The notes: a model not told the origin generated them from the sequence alone. A DNA stretch of 63,536 nt, filler included, from Octopus bimaculoides (GCF_001194135.2; 5 parts of 5 records of this genome joined end to end with filler, not necessarily neighbours in it), one strand, 5' to 3'; counted from the first letter of the whole stretch, positions 37,462-51,256 are shown. Numbers and translations are program-made.

Positions 37462-38099
37462 TGTTTGTGTGTTTACCTTGAAGGGACGTGTGAAACTGTG
37501 GCGGCGCGATATGTAATCTAAATGGAGATCTTAAGTGAAATTCCTGCAATCTTTCTGTATTTCTCTCATCAGCCAACCTCTTAAAGGACCTTATCTTCCC
37601 TCCAGNNNNNNNNNNNNNNNNNNNNNNNNNNNNNNNNNNNNNNNNNNNNNNNNNNNNNNNNNNNNNNNNNNNNNNNNNNNNNNNNNNNNNNNNNNNNNNN
37701 NNNNNNNNNNNNNNNNNNNNNNNNNNNNNNNNNNNNNNNNNNNNNNNNNNNNNNNNNNNNNNNNNNNNNNNNNNNNNNNNNNNNNNNNNNNNNNNNNNNN
37801 NNNNNNNNNNNNNNNNNNNNNNNNNNNNNNNNNNNNNNNNNNNNNNNNNNNNNNNNNNNNNNNNNNNNNNNNNNNNNNNNNNNNNNNNNNNNNNNNNNNN
37901 NNNNNNNNNNNNNNNNNNNNNNNNNNNNNNNNNNNNNNNNNNNNNNNNNNNNNNNNNNNNNNNNNNNNNNNNNNNNNNNNNNNNNNNNNNNNNNNNNNNN
38001 NNNNNNNNNNNNNNNNNNNNNNNNNNNNNNNNNNNNNNNATGATGAAGGTACAACTACCGATAATGGTTGTGTTTGTTTACAGAAATGGCGCGGCGCTT

Positions 38100-38101
38100 T
38101 G

Positions 38102-38170
<69 letters not shown>

Positions 38171-38260
38171 TGATGATGGTGATGATGATGGTGATGATGG
38201 TGGTGGTGGTGGTGGTGGTGATGAGGGTAGTGATGACGATGATGATGATGATGACAGTAA
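38100..38260 (+). repeat. compound (GAT)/(GAC)/(GGT) microsatellite
   Basis: Direct reading. Confidence 0.95.
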
Positions 38261-38860
38261 TATTGCTGGTCACAGGATGGAGTTGGGGGTGAATGTTTAT
38301 AGAAAAGATGCGGCAGTTAGTGTCGATGACGACGACGCCGACGCCGCCGAGCATGGCGGTGGCAGTGGTGACGGTAATGCGGCGATTACTGTGGTTGGTG
38401 GTGGTCGTGGTGGAAAGGCCAGATTGCAGTGTTGAGCTGATTACTCGTGATGCATATAAACACAAGTATCAAGTTAAACCTGCAGCTGTGGCTCATATAC
38501 GTGGTGTTGTTGTTGTTGTTGTGGTTATTTGGAACCAGATCAAACCTGATCCAACGGAACTATGATCCAAGACATTCCAGGCACGACCACTCCGACCACT
38601 GGTGGTAGTGGTTGTAGTCGTGGTGGTGGTGGTCGTGGTGGTGGTGGCGGTGGAATGGTGGTCGTGCAGTGGTGGTGATGATGATGATGATGATGTTTGC
38701 GAAATGGTTAAAACGTGGGTAAGGATGGGTGCGACGGTCGGGATTGTTTAGATGGAACTTCACCATCAAAGAATGTCATCATCATCATCATCATCATTCG
38801 CATCACAATATCTCTATGTTTCAAAAGTAAGTCTCTCTGAATATGTGTATATTAGTATCG

Positions 38861-38904
<44 letters not shown>

Positions 38905-39323
38905 ATGTCAGTTATCCTTACTTTTTATTATTCCTGTAGGGCAGCAGACTATCTCTAGATCCTATCTCTTTCATATGTATATACGTACATACATATATAT
39001 GTGTGTGTGTGTGTAAGTATATGTATGTATGCATGTATGTGTATATATATATATATATANNNNNNNNNNNNNNNNNNNNNNNNNNNNNNNNNNNNNNNNN
39101 NNNTTAATTAATTAANNNNNNNNNNNNNNNNNNNNNNNNNNNNNNNNNNNNNNNNNNNNCCGGAAGTGAGCTAGAACGTTGAAACTTAGTGCGCATGCAC
39201 GGCAGAGTTCAAGGTCCATCTGTGCCTAGCGGTTTCACTATGAGTGCTTTAGCTTTATTACTACGGCAACAGTCCAGATACTTATCGATCAGACCACGTA
39301 TGTATATATATATACATATATAC

Positions 39324-40245
39324 ATTTCTTTTATTAGCCACACAGGGCTTTACACAGAGGGGACAAATCCAATGTAGAACTTTTCTTTTGGGGAGGAGGA
39401 AGGAGAGAAAAAAAGGGGGGTCGATCAAAATGGATCGAGAAAAAAAAAGCGATCAATAGGGATCGTGTATCACAGCAATGTTCTCGTGTAAAAAAGGTGG
39501 ACAGTTTAGGTTTAGCCGTGGAAAGAAAAGCCTACGGAAAACATCACGGTAACCTTGGCCAATATTGTCATTGTCATTGTCATTGAAGAAACCATAACAG
39601 TAAGTGACTATCTTTCGCCTTTTTGTTTTTTTTTTCTTGATTTTTTTACTCCTTTATAGGGTTATGCTCAAGGTGACTCCGTCATTCAGACGTGCCATTC
39701 TTGCTACATTCGCTCATCTTTTTTTTAAGCATTCACTAGACAAGACTTCCCTTTCTACTCTCACCTTCCTCTTCCGGTGATACTTGAAGAAGTTGATCAG
39801 AGATTGCCCAGACAGGAAAGTCTTTGTCTCTAGACCTTTCAGACGCGTCCACCATGCACATTCTTTCGCCATAGCCACAAGTTCGATGAAAATGGCTCTT
39901 CCTTCCCGTTTAAAGGAAGGAGGTGCAACAATATTCACGATAGACTCGGCTGATAGACCGACTCGTCCCACACGCGATAGCAGTTGCTCGACGTAAGCCC
40001 ATAGCTCGGAAATGGTGGGACACTGTACGAGTGCGTGCAGAACGGTTTCGTCGCTCTGTCTGCATCTCGGACAGGTCGGCCCCGTGTTTCTCGAGCCATG
40101 CCTGTAGAGCTTATCCCGAACGGGTAGTGCTTCTCGATAACACTGCCAGGCCAGGGATCTCTGGAAGTTGTCCGTAGGTCCCGGCCCGAAGGTCGTCTTG
40201 AACAGGTGGGTCAGGTATTCCTCGTCGACGACCAGGTTCGCCCTG
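39324..40245 (-). mobile_element. 5'-truncated Tx1/L1-clade element: ORF2 C-terminus and 3' UTR
   Basis: SLAWQCYREALPVRDKL..TCPRCRQSDETVLHALVQC zinc knuckle; ends gccctgtgtggctaataaaagaaat. Confidence 0.9.
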
Positions 40246-40279
40246 AAAAATTAATTAGATAATCTATACGCTAAATTGA

Positions 40280-40398
40280 ACAGATCCGAAATGGATGAAC
40301 GATAAATTCGACCTCGGTATAATTTGAACTCAGAAACTAAAGGCAAACGAAACACCGATAAGTATTTCGCCCGGCGCGCTAACGTTTCTGCCAGCAGC
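40280..40398 (-). mobile_element. decayed SINE family B head
   Basis: gctggcagaaacgttagcgcgccgggcg...gagttcaaatt on minus; abuts (GATA)n 40399-40480. Confidence 0.75.
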
Positions 40399-40481
<83 letters not shown>

Positions 40482-41571
40482 GGAGGAGTCTGTGGGCAGA
40501 GATGTTTCTTTTTGTGTCTAAATTATTAATTTTAAAAGATATGTCCCAATCTAAGCTATTTATAATATTTTAAAAGACTACCTACTGCTTGAAGGCTTTG
40601 TTAACATTGCAAATTACAGCCCCATATAAAATTATATTCTCATGCAAAATTGCACTTAAATCTAACATTTGATCGCATCAACTTTTAATAAGGACCCCTA
40701 TATGCACATATATACACACACACAAACTCATACACACACACAAACACAGAGTCAGACAAACACAGAACTCTTTTGTTTATTGAATGGCCCTTTAGTGGGT
40801 AGTGCGTTCATTCGTAACATCACTTCTTTCCTGAGCCATTACTGTCTTTGTCCTATCATAGCTTCTTCTACTAGTCCTCAAAATTTTCTTTTCCTCCTCC
40901 TCCTCCTCCTCCTTAATCTACCGTTACAACATCAGGCATGAAATAAAACACTAGCTAATATTACCCACCAAAATAGCTGCAACAGCAACTGTGCTGTGAT
41001 AATGGACACACACAAAAACAAAAAAAAAGCAACATGAATCAAAGAACCGGTACTGTAATAACGCTGACAATACTGTATGCTAAAGGTATAAGAAAAATTC
41101 ACAACAAGGCATAGCAGACAGGTCCCTCTCAACGTAAACTACAGGAAAATATGTTAACATTGTCTTCCACATAACGACATAGATATCCTGATTGTTTTAA
41201 AACAACAGTAAGTATAACTCCGTTAGAAATGTAGACATAGTGACGTCATGTATCTTCATCGTATATCCTTGTCTTCCCTCAAACTTCACTTGACCAAATT
41301 AATCATTGATTTTATCAGTCTCTCACTAATGAGGTTTGGCAGCAAATTACTTGGAAATAACCAAGTTCTTGACACGGTCCAAAACGTTAATCATTGAGCC
41401 ATGTACAGCCTTCAGACGTTTCTTCCTTATACCAACAACCTCTTCTTCCTTCTCTTTTCTATTTCGTAGTTTGGTCGTAGTGTATGTACATATGTGTTGG
41501 TGCACCTGTATGTTTGTGTAGAACTGTCTTTGTTCGTGTGTGCACATGGATAGCGTTGTATGCGTATGGGC

Positions 41572-41619
<48 letters not shown>

Positions 41620-41752
41620 ATGTGTCTAGGCTCGTGAAATTTAGTGTTACAACAAATTTTTGGCAAGTGATTGATGTCACTTCAACAACGGAGAAGAAAT
41701 AACATGTATATGTGTATGTGTTTATATATGTATGTGTACGTAAATATATGCA

Positions 41753-41808
<56 letters not shown>

Positions 41809-42050
41809 NNNNNNNNNNNNNNNNNNNNNNNNNNNNNNNNNNNNNNNNNNNNNNNNNNNNNNNNNNNNNNNNNNNNNNNNNNNNNNNNNNNNNNNNNNNN
41901 NNNNNNNNNNNNNNNNNNNNNNNNNNNNNNNNNNNNNNNNNNNNNNNNNNNNNNNNNNNNNNNNNNNNNNNNNNNNNNNNNNNNNNNNNNNNNNNNNNNN
42001 NNNNNNNNNNNNNNNNNNNNNNNNNNNNNNNNNNNNNNNNNNNNNNNNNN

Positions 42051-42096
<46 letters not shown>

Positions 42097-42235
42097 TATA
42101 CATACTATACAAATATGTGCATACATATACGTACACACATACATATGCATAAATACATTACATACATACAATACATATGCATAAAATACATTACATATAT
42201 ACAACATACATATATATATATATACATACACTATA

Positions 42236-42289
<54 letters not shown>

Positions 42290-43119
42290 TGTGTGTGTGT
42301 GTGTACGCAAATATACAAACACATATCTAGCTAATGTAATCTACTTGATCACTTGACACGCCAAAACAACAGCCAAATCTTGCTCAAAGTTAATCTATAA
42401 TCCAGCTGTCGAGATCTCTACAGAAAGCAACGTCGGAGGAATGTGTGTGTGCCCGTGTTGGAAAGTAGCTACTACTGCTGTTCACTCAAACATCGTGCAG
42501 TTTAAAAAATAAAATAATGAAATCAAGGTAAATACACATTTCTTGAACTGCTTCGTTCTGAAGTGGGCCTTTGCGAAATATAAAACTTTTTTTTGTAANN
42601 NNNNNNNNNNNNNNNNNNNNNNNNNNNNNNNNNNNNNNNNNNNNNNNNNNNNNNNNNNNNNNNNNNNNNNNNNNNNNNNNNNNNNNNNNNNNNNNNNNNN
42701 NNNNNNNNNNNNNNNNNNNNNNNNNNNNNNNNNNNNNNNNNNNNNNNNNNNNNNNNNNNNNNNNNNNNNNNNNNNNNNNNNNNNNNNNNNNNNNNNNNNN
42801 NNNNNNNNNNNNNNNNNNNNNNNNNNNNNNNNNNNNNNNNNNNNNNNNNNNNNNNNNNNNNNNNNNNNNNNNNNNNNNNNNNNNNNNNNNNNNNNNNNNN
42901 NNNNNNNNNNNNNNNNNNNNNNNNNNNNNNNNNNNNNNNNNNNNNNNNNNNNNNNNNNNNNNNNNNNNNNNNNNNNNNNNNNNNNNNNNNNNNNNNNNNN
43001 NNNNNNNNNNNNNNNNNNNNNNNNNNNNNNNNNNNNNNNNNNNNNNNNNNNNNNNNNNNNNNNNNNNNNNNNNNNNNNNNNNNNNNNNNNNNNNNNNNNN
43101 NNNNNNNNNNNNNNNNNNN

Positions 43120-43178
<59 letters not shown>

Positions 43179-43246
43179 GAGAGAGAGGCATTCACTCATA
43201 CACACACATACACACGCACGCATATATATATGTGTGTGTATGTATA

Positions 43247-43277
<31 letters not shown>

Positions 43278-43285
43278 GCTTATTT

Positions 43286-43775
43286 GCTTATGACGAATCC
43301 TCAAAGATGATGACAGCGTCGATCCAAGACATTCATCCTCCTCCGCCTGAAGCACATAATTTCTTATGAGAGCAGACGCGGCTGAGAAGACAGATACGAG
43401 ATAGGCAGATCCTGTCGCTCGGTGGGCACTAAAAGTGATCCTGAACAACTGCCATAGGGACTTGATGACGATATCTCCACCTCTCTTCATGCAGTCTCCT
43501 GCGTTCGGTTTCAAAGTGCATTACTGTAGCATCACATACTGTCATGAAACTTCTGAACGATCGATAGAAATGCTGAACAGTCAGACTTCTGCAGCTGGTG
43601 CTACGACAGTTCACCATGTCAAACGCCCTTGTTAGATCGATGAAGACGTAGTATTTGTCTCTGTGCTGTCTACGGCACTTTTCATGAAAACTGGCCACAA
43701 ATATCACATCAGAAGTCTCTCTTTCTGGTCGAAATCTACATTGGGACTCAGGCATAACCAGATTGGCAACATGAC
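43286..43775 (-). mobile_element. internally deleted RTE (BovB-like) LINE
   Basis: MPESQCRFRPER..EKCRRQHRD..VFIDLTRAFDMVN, joined to a terminal CPPSDRICLSRICLLSRVCSH motif. Confidence 0.85.
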
Positions 43776-43994
43776 AACATGCATACATACACGCATACAT
43801 ACATCCATGCATACATACAGGCATACATATGTAATTTATATTCGGATATACACCTTGTATTATGCTGCTTAAATCTCGTCCACAATATTCGGCTACCTGA
43901 TGTCAACAACAGCATGGAAGTATACGCCACTGACTTTACTTCAGGAATTCCTTTGAGCCCGTAGAGTTTATATAAAAATTGAATCTTTCTTCAG

Positions 43995-44098
43995 AACTGC
44001 TGCGATCGTTTTGACCCATCCTACAGGTGAGATGCTGTGCAAACAATTGTCACGCATCATAGGTGCAGATGCGTCTCCTCAGGTGGACTTTTCAAAAG
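43995..44098 (+). other. weak candidate exon (TAAIVLTHPTGEMLCKQLSRIIGADASPQVDFSK)
   Basis: tctttcttcag acceptor, aaag/gtacgt donor, open frame; no homology recognised. Confidence 0.2.
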
Positions 44099-44509
44099 GT
44101 ACGTCGTTTTTAACTTGTCACTTCGATTATTTCTATAACAATACATTTTGGTTAGGGTAGCATACTGTCCGTCTCCATAAGGAACTGAGATGGAATGAAA
44201 AAATCCTTCTTGTAGAAGAAATACAATAAAGTTTAAAAGGATGAGAGAATAAGAATCTTGCTTATTTCTTGTTCAGCTTCAATTCCTAAAATAGTTTCCG
44301 AAATTTTTCAACACCTGACCAAGATAATTAATTAATTAATAGACTTCATTCTTTCAGTAATTATTTCAACAACCTCAACAGAAACAATTTAACTCTTTAC
44401 AGCAAGTTAACTTTATTTTATTATTTTTTTTTTCTTTAAAAGCTTTTTTGCTTTAATTGTTTTGGCAATCTTTTCAAATAACTGTTCCACAGCAATTTTA
44501 AGAAGAAGC

Positions 44510-44685
44510 AGAGTAGTCGATTACATAGACCCCAACACTTAACTGGCACTTTATCTTATTGACGCCGGAAAGATGAAAGGCAAAGTTTATTTAGGCGATA
44601 TTTGAACTCAGTACGTTAAGAGCCGGCATAAATGACGCTATGCATCTTTTCCGACGTAATAACAATACTGCTAGCTCACCTTAAC
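44510..44685 (-). mobile_element. decayed SINE family B
   Basis: gtcgattacatagacccc...gatgaaaggcaaag...tttgaactcag. Confidence 0.7.
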
Positions 44686-46394
44686 CTTTTGCAATAATTC
44701 GTCGTAACAAGTCTTTTGAGCTAACTTGGTACAATGAATCCTTTCAATAGTGTCGTGTTGGGCCACAGAAACAGACAGGGGTGGGGTGATCCTAATTTTC
44801 AATCCATGTGGTAATATGGTTGTTCTTTCACATTATAATTGTAAATGCTTGTCAGGAAGAATCACGTTTAGATTTACAATGACCTTTTTAAACATATCCG
44901 TTTTATTATGTACAATGTATTTTAATCTTAGAAAATAATATTTTGCAGAACACCTAGCTACATAGTTTTGAGGTATTGTTTGTAGGGATTCTTTTTCGTG
45001 TATTCGAACCGAAAGCCTTATTTTATAAGACTTAAACATTAGATAAAAATGAAAGAGGAGCTCAGAAAGTGACTGGTGATTATCGAACCTATTTCTTCAA
45101 CTCCGACACCTCGCTGAACTAAACCTTTATATTTCAACATCGATCGAATTACTGCGAGTACATTAATTATTTCTAAAATAACTGCAGGACCACAAGAGTT
45201 TGATGCGCAGGGAGGATATTTGTACCGCCGTACTTCACTGATATTTCATAATCAACGTTGATAGAACGAAAAGCCGCTATTAGCTGGATTAGAGCTTTAA
45301 ATTAAAAGGTTCAAAACCGAATACTACAAAACAGCTAGTCTGCTGCTATAATTTTGGAACCACTCCAAGTATCACAATCAATGGTACATTACATTCTACT
45401 ACAGTGCACGACGATAAATTTTCTTTAACCCTCCACCCCACCACGGATTTAGTGAACAGAGGTTGTGTGCTGGTCATAGTCCATCTCCCAGTTTAACATC
45501 ACCCTCTAATTCTTCACTGCTTTTAAAGACGTTTACTCTGAGTTACTTCCATTAATCTTAAAATTTCAGAAAACGGCCATGGCTACCGCTCCTCCACTTC
45601 TGGTTCAGACACTCCATAACTACCCTCCTCCACTACAATAATTTATACTACACGGCACTACACTGCACCACTCCACACCCATACCCACACCACTCCAGAC
45701 CACTAGAAAATCTACCCCAACTGCAGACAGTTATGCCTCGATATTTCTCTCTCTCTCTCTCTCATTCTCTGTTGTATTCAACTTTTTAAGTATTCAACTT
45801 CAACAGCAACATAAACACAGAGATCAACACCGACTCCACCACAAAGCATCGCCACCAACACCGCCACTAACACCGCCACCAACCCTACTTCCAACACCAC
45901 CACCACCACCAACACCAACACTGCCACCAACACTGCCACCAACACTGCCACCAACACCGCCTCCTCTACCACTACTGCATTAACCACTACATCCACAGTA
46001 ACAATATCAATAGTCATTAAAAACCATCAACCACCACCAGAACGTCAACAACGTCATCAACAACAGATATGAACAATAAATATCAGTCCGACATAACAGC
46101 CGCCACTAACAACAACAATTACCACAACAACATTAAAAAAAACCTCACCTGCTTCGCTCAGTAAGCGACACCAGATATTATTAGTTATATCTTAGTAACT
46201 TGCAATTTTATCTTCTTTATTAGACGGGAATTTTTTTTAAAAATAACTTGCCTTCCCTTTCCTCTCACCGCCCCCTTACAGCTACGACTTACTATTATTT
46301 TACTCCCAACAAAAAGACGCCGTCGCTTAGATGGGAAATAAACTGACTGACTCTCTTACATCTCTCAATATTAATAATGATAATAATAATAATC

Positions 46395-47640
46395 CTTTCT
46401 ACTATAGGCACATGGCCTGAAATTTGGGGGTGGGCAGTCGATTAGATCGCTCGACGGAGTTTGAACTCAGAACCTTAAAACGGACGATATGCCACAAAGC
46501 ATTTTTCCCGGCGTGCAAACGATTCTGCCATCTCGCCACTTTAATAATAATAATTATAATAATAATAATAATTTCGTTTATTTGCCACAAGGGCGAAGGA
46601 TGAGGGAGACATTACAAAGACAGACATAAAGTGTGGGGGTTCACATATAAGGAAATAAAAAGAAAGAAAAAAGTTAAGTATACACGGTATAAGTATTTTC
46701 TATTATAGGCACAAGGCTTGGAATTTGATGGGAGGGAGATAGTCGATCACATCGACCTCAGTATTTGAGTGGTACTTTTCAATTTATCGACTTCGAAAGA
46801 ACGAAAGGCAAAGTCGACCTCGGCGGAATTGTAACTCAGAACGTGAAGACGGACGAAATGCTGCTAAGCATTTTGCCCAGCGTGCAAGTAGGATATATGT
46901 GTGTATATGTTTGTGTGTGTGATTCTATGTGTGTATTAATATTTTCACATATTACTATCATTACCATGGTTAATTATTACTATTATGATTGTTGTTGTTG
47001 TTAAGGTGGCGAACAGGCAAAATCGTTAGGATACTGGTCGAAATGCTTGCAGTATTTTGCCCGTCGCTACGTTCTGAGTTCGAATTCCGCCGAACTCCAC
47101 TTTGCCTTTCTGCCTTTCGGGGTCGATAAAATGAGTACCAGTAAAACGCTGGAGTCGATGTAATCAACTAGTCCCCTCCCCCAAATTTCACATCTTGTAG
47201 GATTGTTGTTGTTGTTAAGGCGACGAGCTAGCAGAATCGTTAGCACGCCGGGCGACTGTTTTGTAGTATTTCGTCCGTCCTTACGTTCTGAGATCGACTT
47301 TGCATTTCATCATTTCGGAGTCGATAAATTAAGTATCAGTTGTGTACTGGGGTCGATCTCATCGACTGGCACTCTCCCAAAAAATTTCGGGCGTTGTGCT
47401 TAGAGTAGAAAAGGTTATTATGATTATTGTTAAGGCGGTGAGCTGACAAGATCGTTAGCAAGCCGGGCGAAATGCTTAAAGGCATTTCGTCTACCGCTAC
47501 GTTCTGAGTTCAAATTCCGCCGAGGTCAATTTTGCCTTTCATCCTTTCGGGGTCGAAATTAAGTACCAGTTGAGTACTGGGGTCGATGTGATCGATTGCC
47601 CCAAAAAAATCCAAGCCTTGTACCTATAGTAGAAAGGATT
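46395..47640. mobile_element. cluster of five SINE B copies (two minus, three plus in tandem)
   Basis: Minus ~46395-46543 and ~46698-46888; plus ~47002, ~47216, ~47430, separated by (GTT)/(ATT) runs. Confidence 0.88.
46572..46660 (-). mobile_element. isolated Tx1-like 3' tail in (ATT)n (similar copy at 60190-60295, plus)
   Basis: gcccttgtggc(a/c)aataaa terminus resembles the 39324 element end. Confidence 0.5.
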
Positions 47641-47657
47641 ATTACTATTATTATTAT

Positions 47658-50600
47658 TGCTTTACTTCTCAGAACACTTGGTCTAGTTTGTTCTGATAGA
47701 TTCTGTGAGAACGGACAGCAGCCTGTTGTCAGAAGTCTCACAGGGTCGCTTTCCACACATAATCTTTGATATTTGGTTGTTAATTATCGTGGGAGACACT
47801 CAACATCCAAGTACCAATCTCAAAATCCTAGCTGTCCCCAGCAGGGCAGTTTTTTGGGCGTGCTCCGCTCTCATGTCAATTCCGATTTCTCTGACAAGTT
47901 TCTCGAACTTAGTTCTTAGTGCTCCGAGTGCCCCTACAACTACTGGGATGACAGACACTCTCCTCATAGTCCACATTCTTGCAGTTTCGTCTATTAGTAG
48001 TCTGTATTTTTCACTCTTTTCTAGTTCTTTGTCACTTATGCATGCATCCCCAACTATTGTAATATATATAATCTTGGTTTCCTTCTCTCCTTTATCTACT
48101 AGAACAATATCTGGTCTCCGGCCATCGATTAGGGAGTCACATTGTATTGTAAAATCCCACAGGATCTTATGTTTCTTATTCTCGGTGACTTCTTCTGGTT
48201 CATGTCCGTACCATTTCTGTGCTCTGTTCAGACTGTACTTTTCACATACCCTCCAGTGGACAAACTTAGCCACGTTATTGTGCCTCCTTTTGTAGTACTT
48301 TGGGGCCAGCTTGCTACACTCACTCAGAGATTGTTTCGTTTTTGCTTCCACACATCCTACAAAGGGGCGATTCGCTACTCCTATCTATTTGGAACTTGGT
48401 GTAATTAGTTCTCAGAGCTTGTTCCTGGGCGCTGCATATCAATACTTCAGTGCATCCTTTCGGATCACTCTTTCTTAGCCATCTCTAAGTGTTGATCTTG
48501 TCTTTTCCTTCGATTTCTCTGAGTTATTGCCCATGCAGTCATTTCATTTTCCAATTGTTTACTCTTTCTTGTTCATCTTGTTTCTTAAATGTTTTTGAGT
48601 GCATCACATTTTCGATAGGTATTGTACTGTTAATTCTAACAGCAGCAAGCAAGGATTCACTCTACTGTTTGGTGTACCATCCCAGACTGTTCTTCTCGTT
48701 GACACATAGATCTTGCATCCTACGAGGCCCCTTCCTCCCCTGCTCCTATGCACATACAGTCTGTCAGTATCGCTTTTGGGGTGTTGTTTCTTGTTAATTG
48801 TCATCACTTTTCTGGTTTTCCCGTCCATTTCCTCAAGCTCGTTCTTTGTCCATCTAACAATACCTGCGCCATATCACATTAATGAAACAGCCTATGTGTT
48901 CAATGCCTTGATCTTGTTTTTCCATTTAGCCTACTTCCCATAATTTGGTTCTTCTGAGATATTCTCGCCTAAAGCTTTCCTTCATTTCACTTACCTTGAT
49001 TTTGTCGTATTCCAAAATCCCCAGATATTTATATCCATTAGTCTCAATATCCTTGATTTTCTCGCCGTTGCCTCTTTGTATCAAAAGCATAACACACTTT
49101 TTAATCCCAACTTCCATTCCGATATCATTATCTGCACTATAGAAACTAGATCATTTATTTCACGTTCAGTCTTCCCAAAGATCTTTAAGTCATGGTTTAT
49201 AAATGTAGACATGTATTCCACTTGGCCATGCCACCTTGTAAGAATTTGGAGACTACAGGAGAGATCTTGTATGTCTCAAGAACATTGCGTAGCTAATTAC
49301 GTGGGACACCATCAAATGCTTTCCTGTAGTCCATCCATGCCATACTCAGGTTCTTCTTGTTGCTCCGGTAATTCTCCACAATCATTTTATTTATGAGTAA
49401 TTGATCTATCCATCCATAAGAATTCCTTTTACATCCTTTCTGAGCTTGTGGAAGGATAGAGTTCTGTTCCAGGAAAGTGTATATTCTTTCACTTAGTATC
49501 GATGTGAGGATCTTATAGGTGTTGTTGAGACATAATCGGTCGCTAGTTTGGATTTTTCGTATCTTCAGTTTTTGGTAGGAGATATGTTGTTCCTTCGGTT
49601 AGCCAGGCAGGTATTTGCTTTGGGTTCTGGATGACACCAGTTAGAGATGTAGCAAAATTTTTAGTGTACTTCTGTCAAACAATGCAGCCAGAACTTAGGG
49701 ATCCGGTCCAGTCCAGGGGTTCTCCATTTGTAAGACTTTCTAAGAACACATTTTAGCTCTTCTACTCTTTCTACTCTTCAACTTCATCCTGTCTCACTTT
49801 CTCACGTTCTGTCCATTGAGCTTCAGCATTATGTTCGTTTTTGTTGTTCCATATTATCTTCCAGAACTTTTCTATTTCCTCAGTCTTAGTTGGCTCCTAT
49901 ACTTCTATCTTGCTTTTGCCAATTTCCCTGTAAAATAGCATGTCAGTAAACTCAGTCTTGCTATGATCTCTTTATTATTCACCTCAAACTCTGTATCATA
50001 CCTATTCTGGTCTTCTTGAGGCAGGTCTACTTTCTCCTCTTTTTTCCGCATATCTGTTTTTCGCTATTCTTTTTATTCAGCTTCCTCGTTGGGATGTACT
50101 GCTCGTACACTGGGTTCTGTGCATCTGTTACCTATTTCAGCTGCATTGTGGTTGTTTTTGTTTGGTCAATCATGAGGAATTTGTGTCCTAATTTAGCTAA
50201 TTCCAGCATCAGTTAACCTTTTATTCTTAATGATGTCTCAACGTACATTACTTAATTTATTTGCGCCTATATATCTGCATACTTCGTTGCCTACTAAGTT
50301 TCTTCAAGAAGTGTACGTTTGTACAACGAGGTTATTGTTTGGGTTTAGTTGGGCTGTATAGAAAGCTTTCAACACATCTCTATAATCTTCTCTAGTCCAT
50401 TTTATGCGTTTTGCTTTAGGTCGTGTTTTTTGGTGGTGTCACTACTGGTCTAGGATTAGGGTTACCCTGGTTCTGGTTATCTGTTAGTTCGTTTTTTTGA
50501 GGAGTTTGTTCCAGCAGCAGACTTTTCGATTCCAGTCTGATTCACAACTGAGTAACGCGTTCCTTGTCCCGGGCGATGACCGATCAGGCATGAGTTTTGG

Positions 50601-50782
50601 CTTGTCATTAAAGCATTGACGGTGACAATAGGAGACGGGTCTGTTTGTTCAAGGTTAATTTTTTGACGTGACACCATTTCCTGGTTCTTCGAATGGATAT
50701 AGTTATCGTATCGTAAGATGACAGATAGAAAATTGCCTCTACTTTCTTTTTTGGTAGCTAGGTTTCCGGGCATAACTGTTTA

Positions 50783-50785
<3 letters not shown>
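47658..50785 (-). mobile_element. R4/Dong-clade element, both ends apparently present, decayed and internally deleted, flanked by (AAT)n
   Basis: N-term RIKWTREDY; C-term YKRRHNNVA..ILWDFTIQCD..RRPDIVLVDK..KELEKSEKY..PVVVGALG..QKTALLGTARILR (REL endonuclease). Confidence 0.92.
50537..50629 (-). ncRNA. possible decayed HDV-like ribozyme in the Dong 5' region
   Basis: P3 CGG/CCG around TCATCGC, P2 CTGAT/ATCAG, P1 5 of 7 pairs; catalytic C position reads T. Confidence 0.25.
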
Positions 50786-50818
<33 letters not shown>

Positions 50819-50819
<1 letters not shown>

Positions 50820-51222
50820 ATACGAAACCCAGTATACCCATCATGACTACCCGTCTGATAAGGGTACACCAGGCACATACATCACAAGCATATGTGCGTG
50901 ACAAGGTAATCTCATATCAAGGTTCACAGTGCACGACCTTGCTGGTGGGGCCCAGTTAGAATTTTCTTCAGGTTGAGTAGTCCATCCCGCTCAAAAGGTC
51001 CCTGAAAAAGGGTTGTTTAAGGATGTTGAATGAAACACCCATGTTTTCAGAAGTGAATTATCCAAACCGCAAATAATCTTTCTCAAAACATGGCTATGAT
51101 GCTTCCCCACTAGCTTCTGCTCATAATCAGAGATTGACATATCATCAGCCACTAAGGCTCAACTGGTTACGGTCAAACAACTGACAAGCAAATTTGTAGA
51201 GCAGAATATTTGCGGTAGCCCA

Positions 51223-51223
<1 letters not shown>
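50819..51223. mobile_element. repeat family C, partial, between (ATT)n runs
   Basis: Colinear with 60865-61255. Confidence 0.85.

Positions 51224-51256
<33 letters not shown>

Noticed and set aside
38040-38435. Asp/Gly-rich biomineralisation-like ORF
   Set aside because: Built from (GAT)/(GAC)/(GGT) microsatellites open in several frames; no splice or signal-peptide support.
39160-39200. Promoter from ccggaagtg (ETS-like) and gcgcatgc (NRF1-like) motifs
   Set aside because: Two short motifs next to a gap, with no CpG island or downstream exon; insufficient evidence.
45790-46100. Thr-rich mucin-like exon (TNTA repeats)
   Set aside because: There is an in-frame stop just after the nearest acceptor; it is best explained as a degenerate (CCA/CAA)n with a 12-bp minisatellite.
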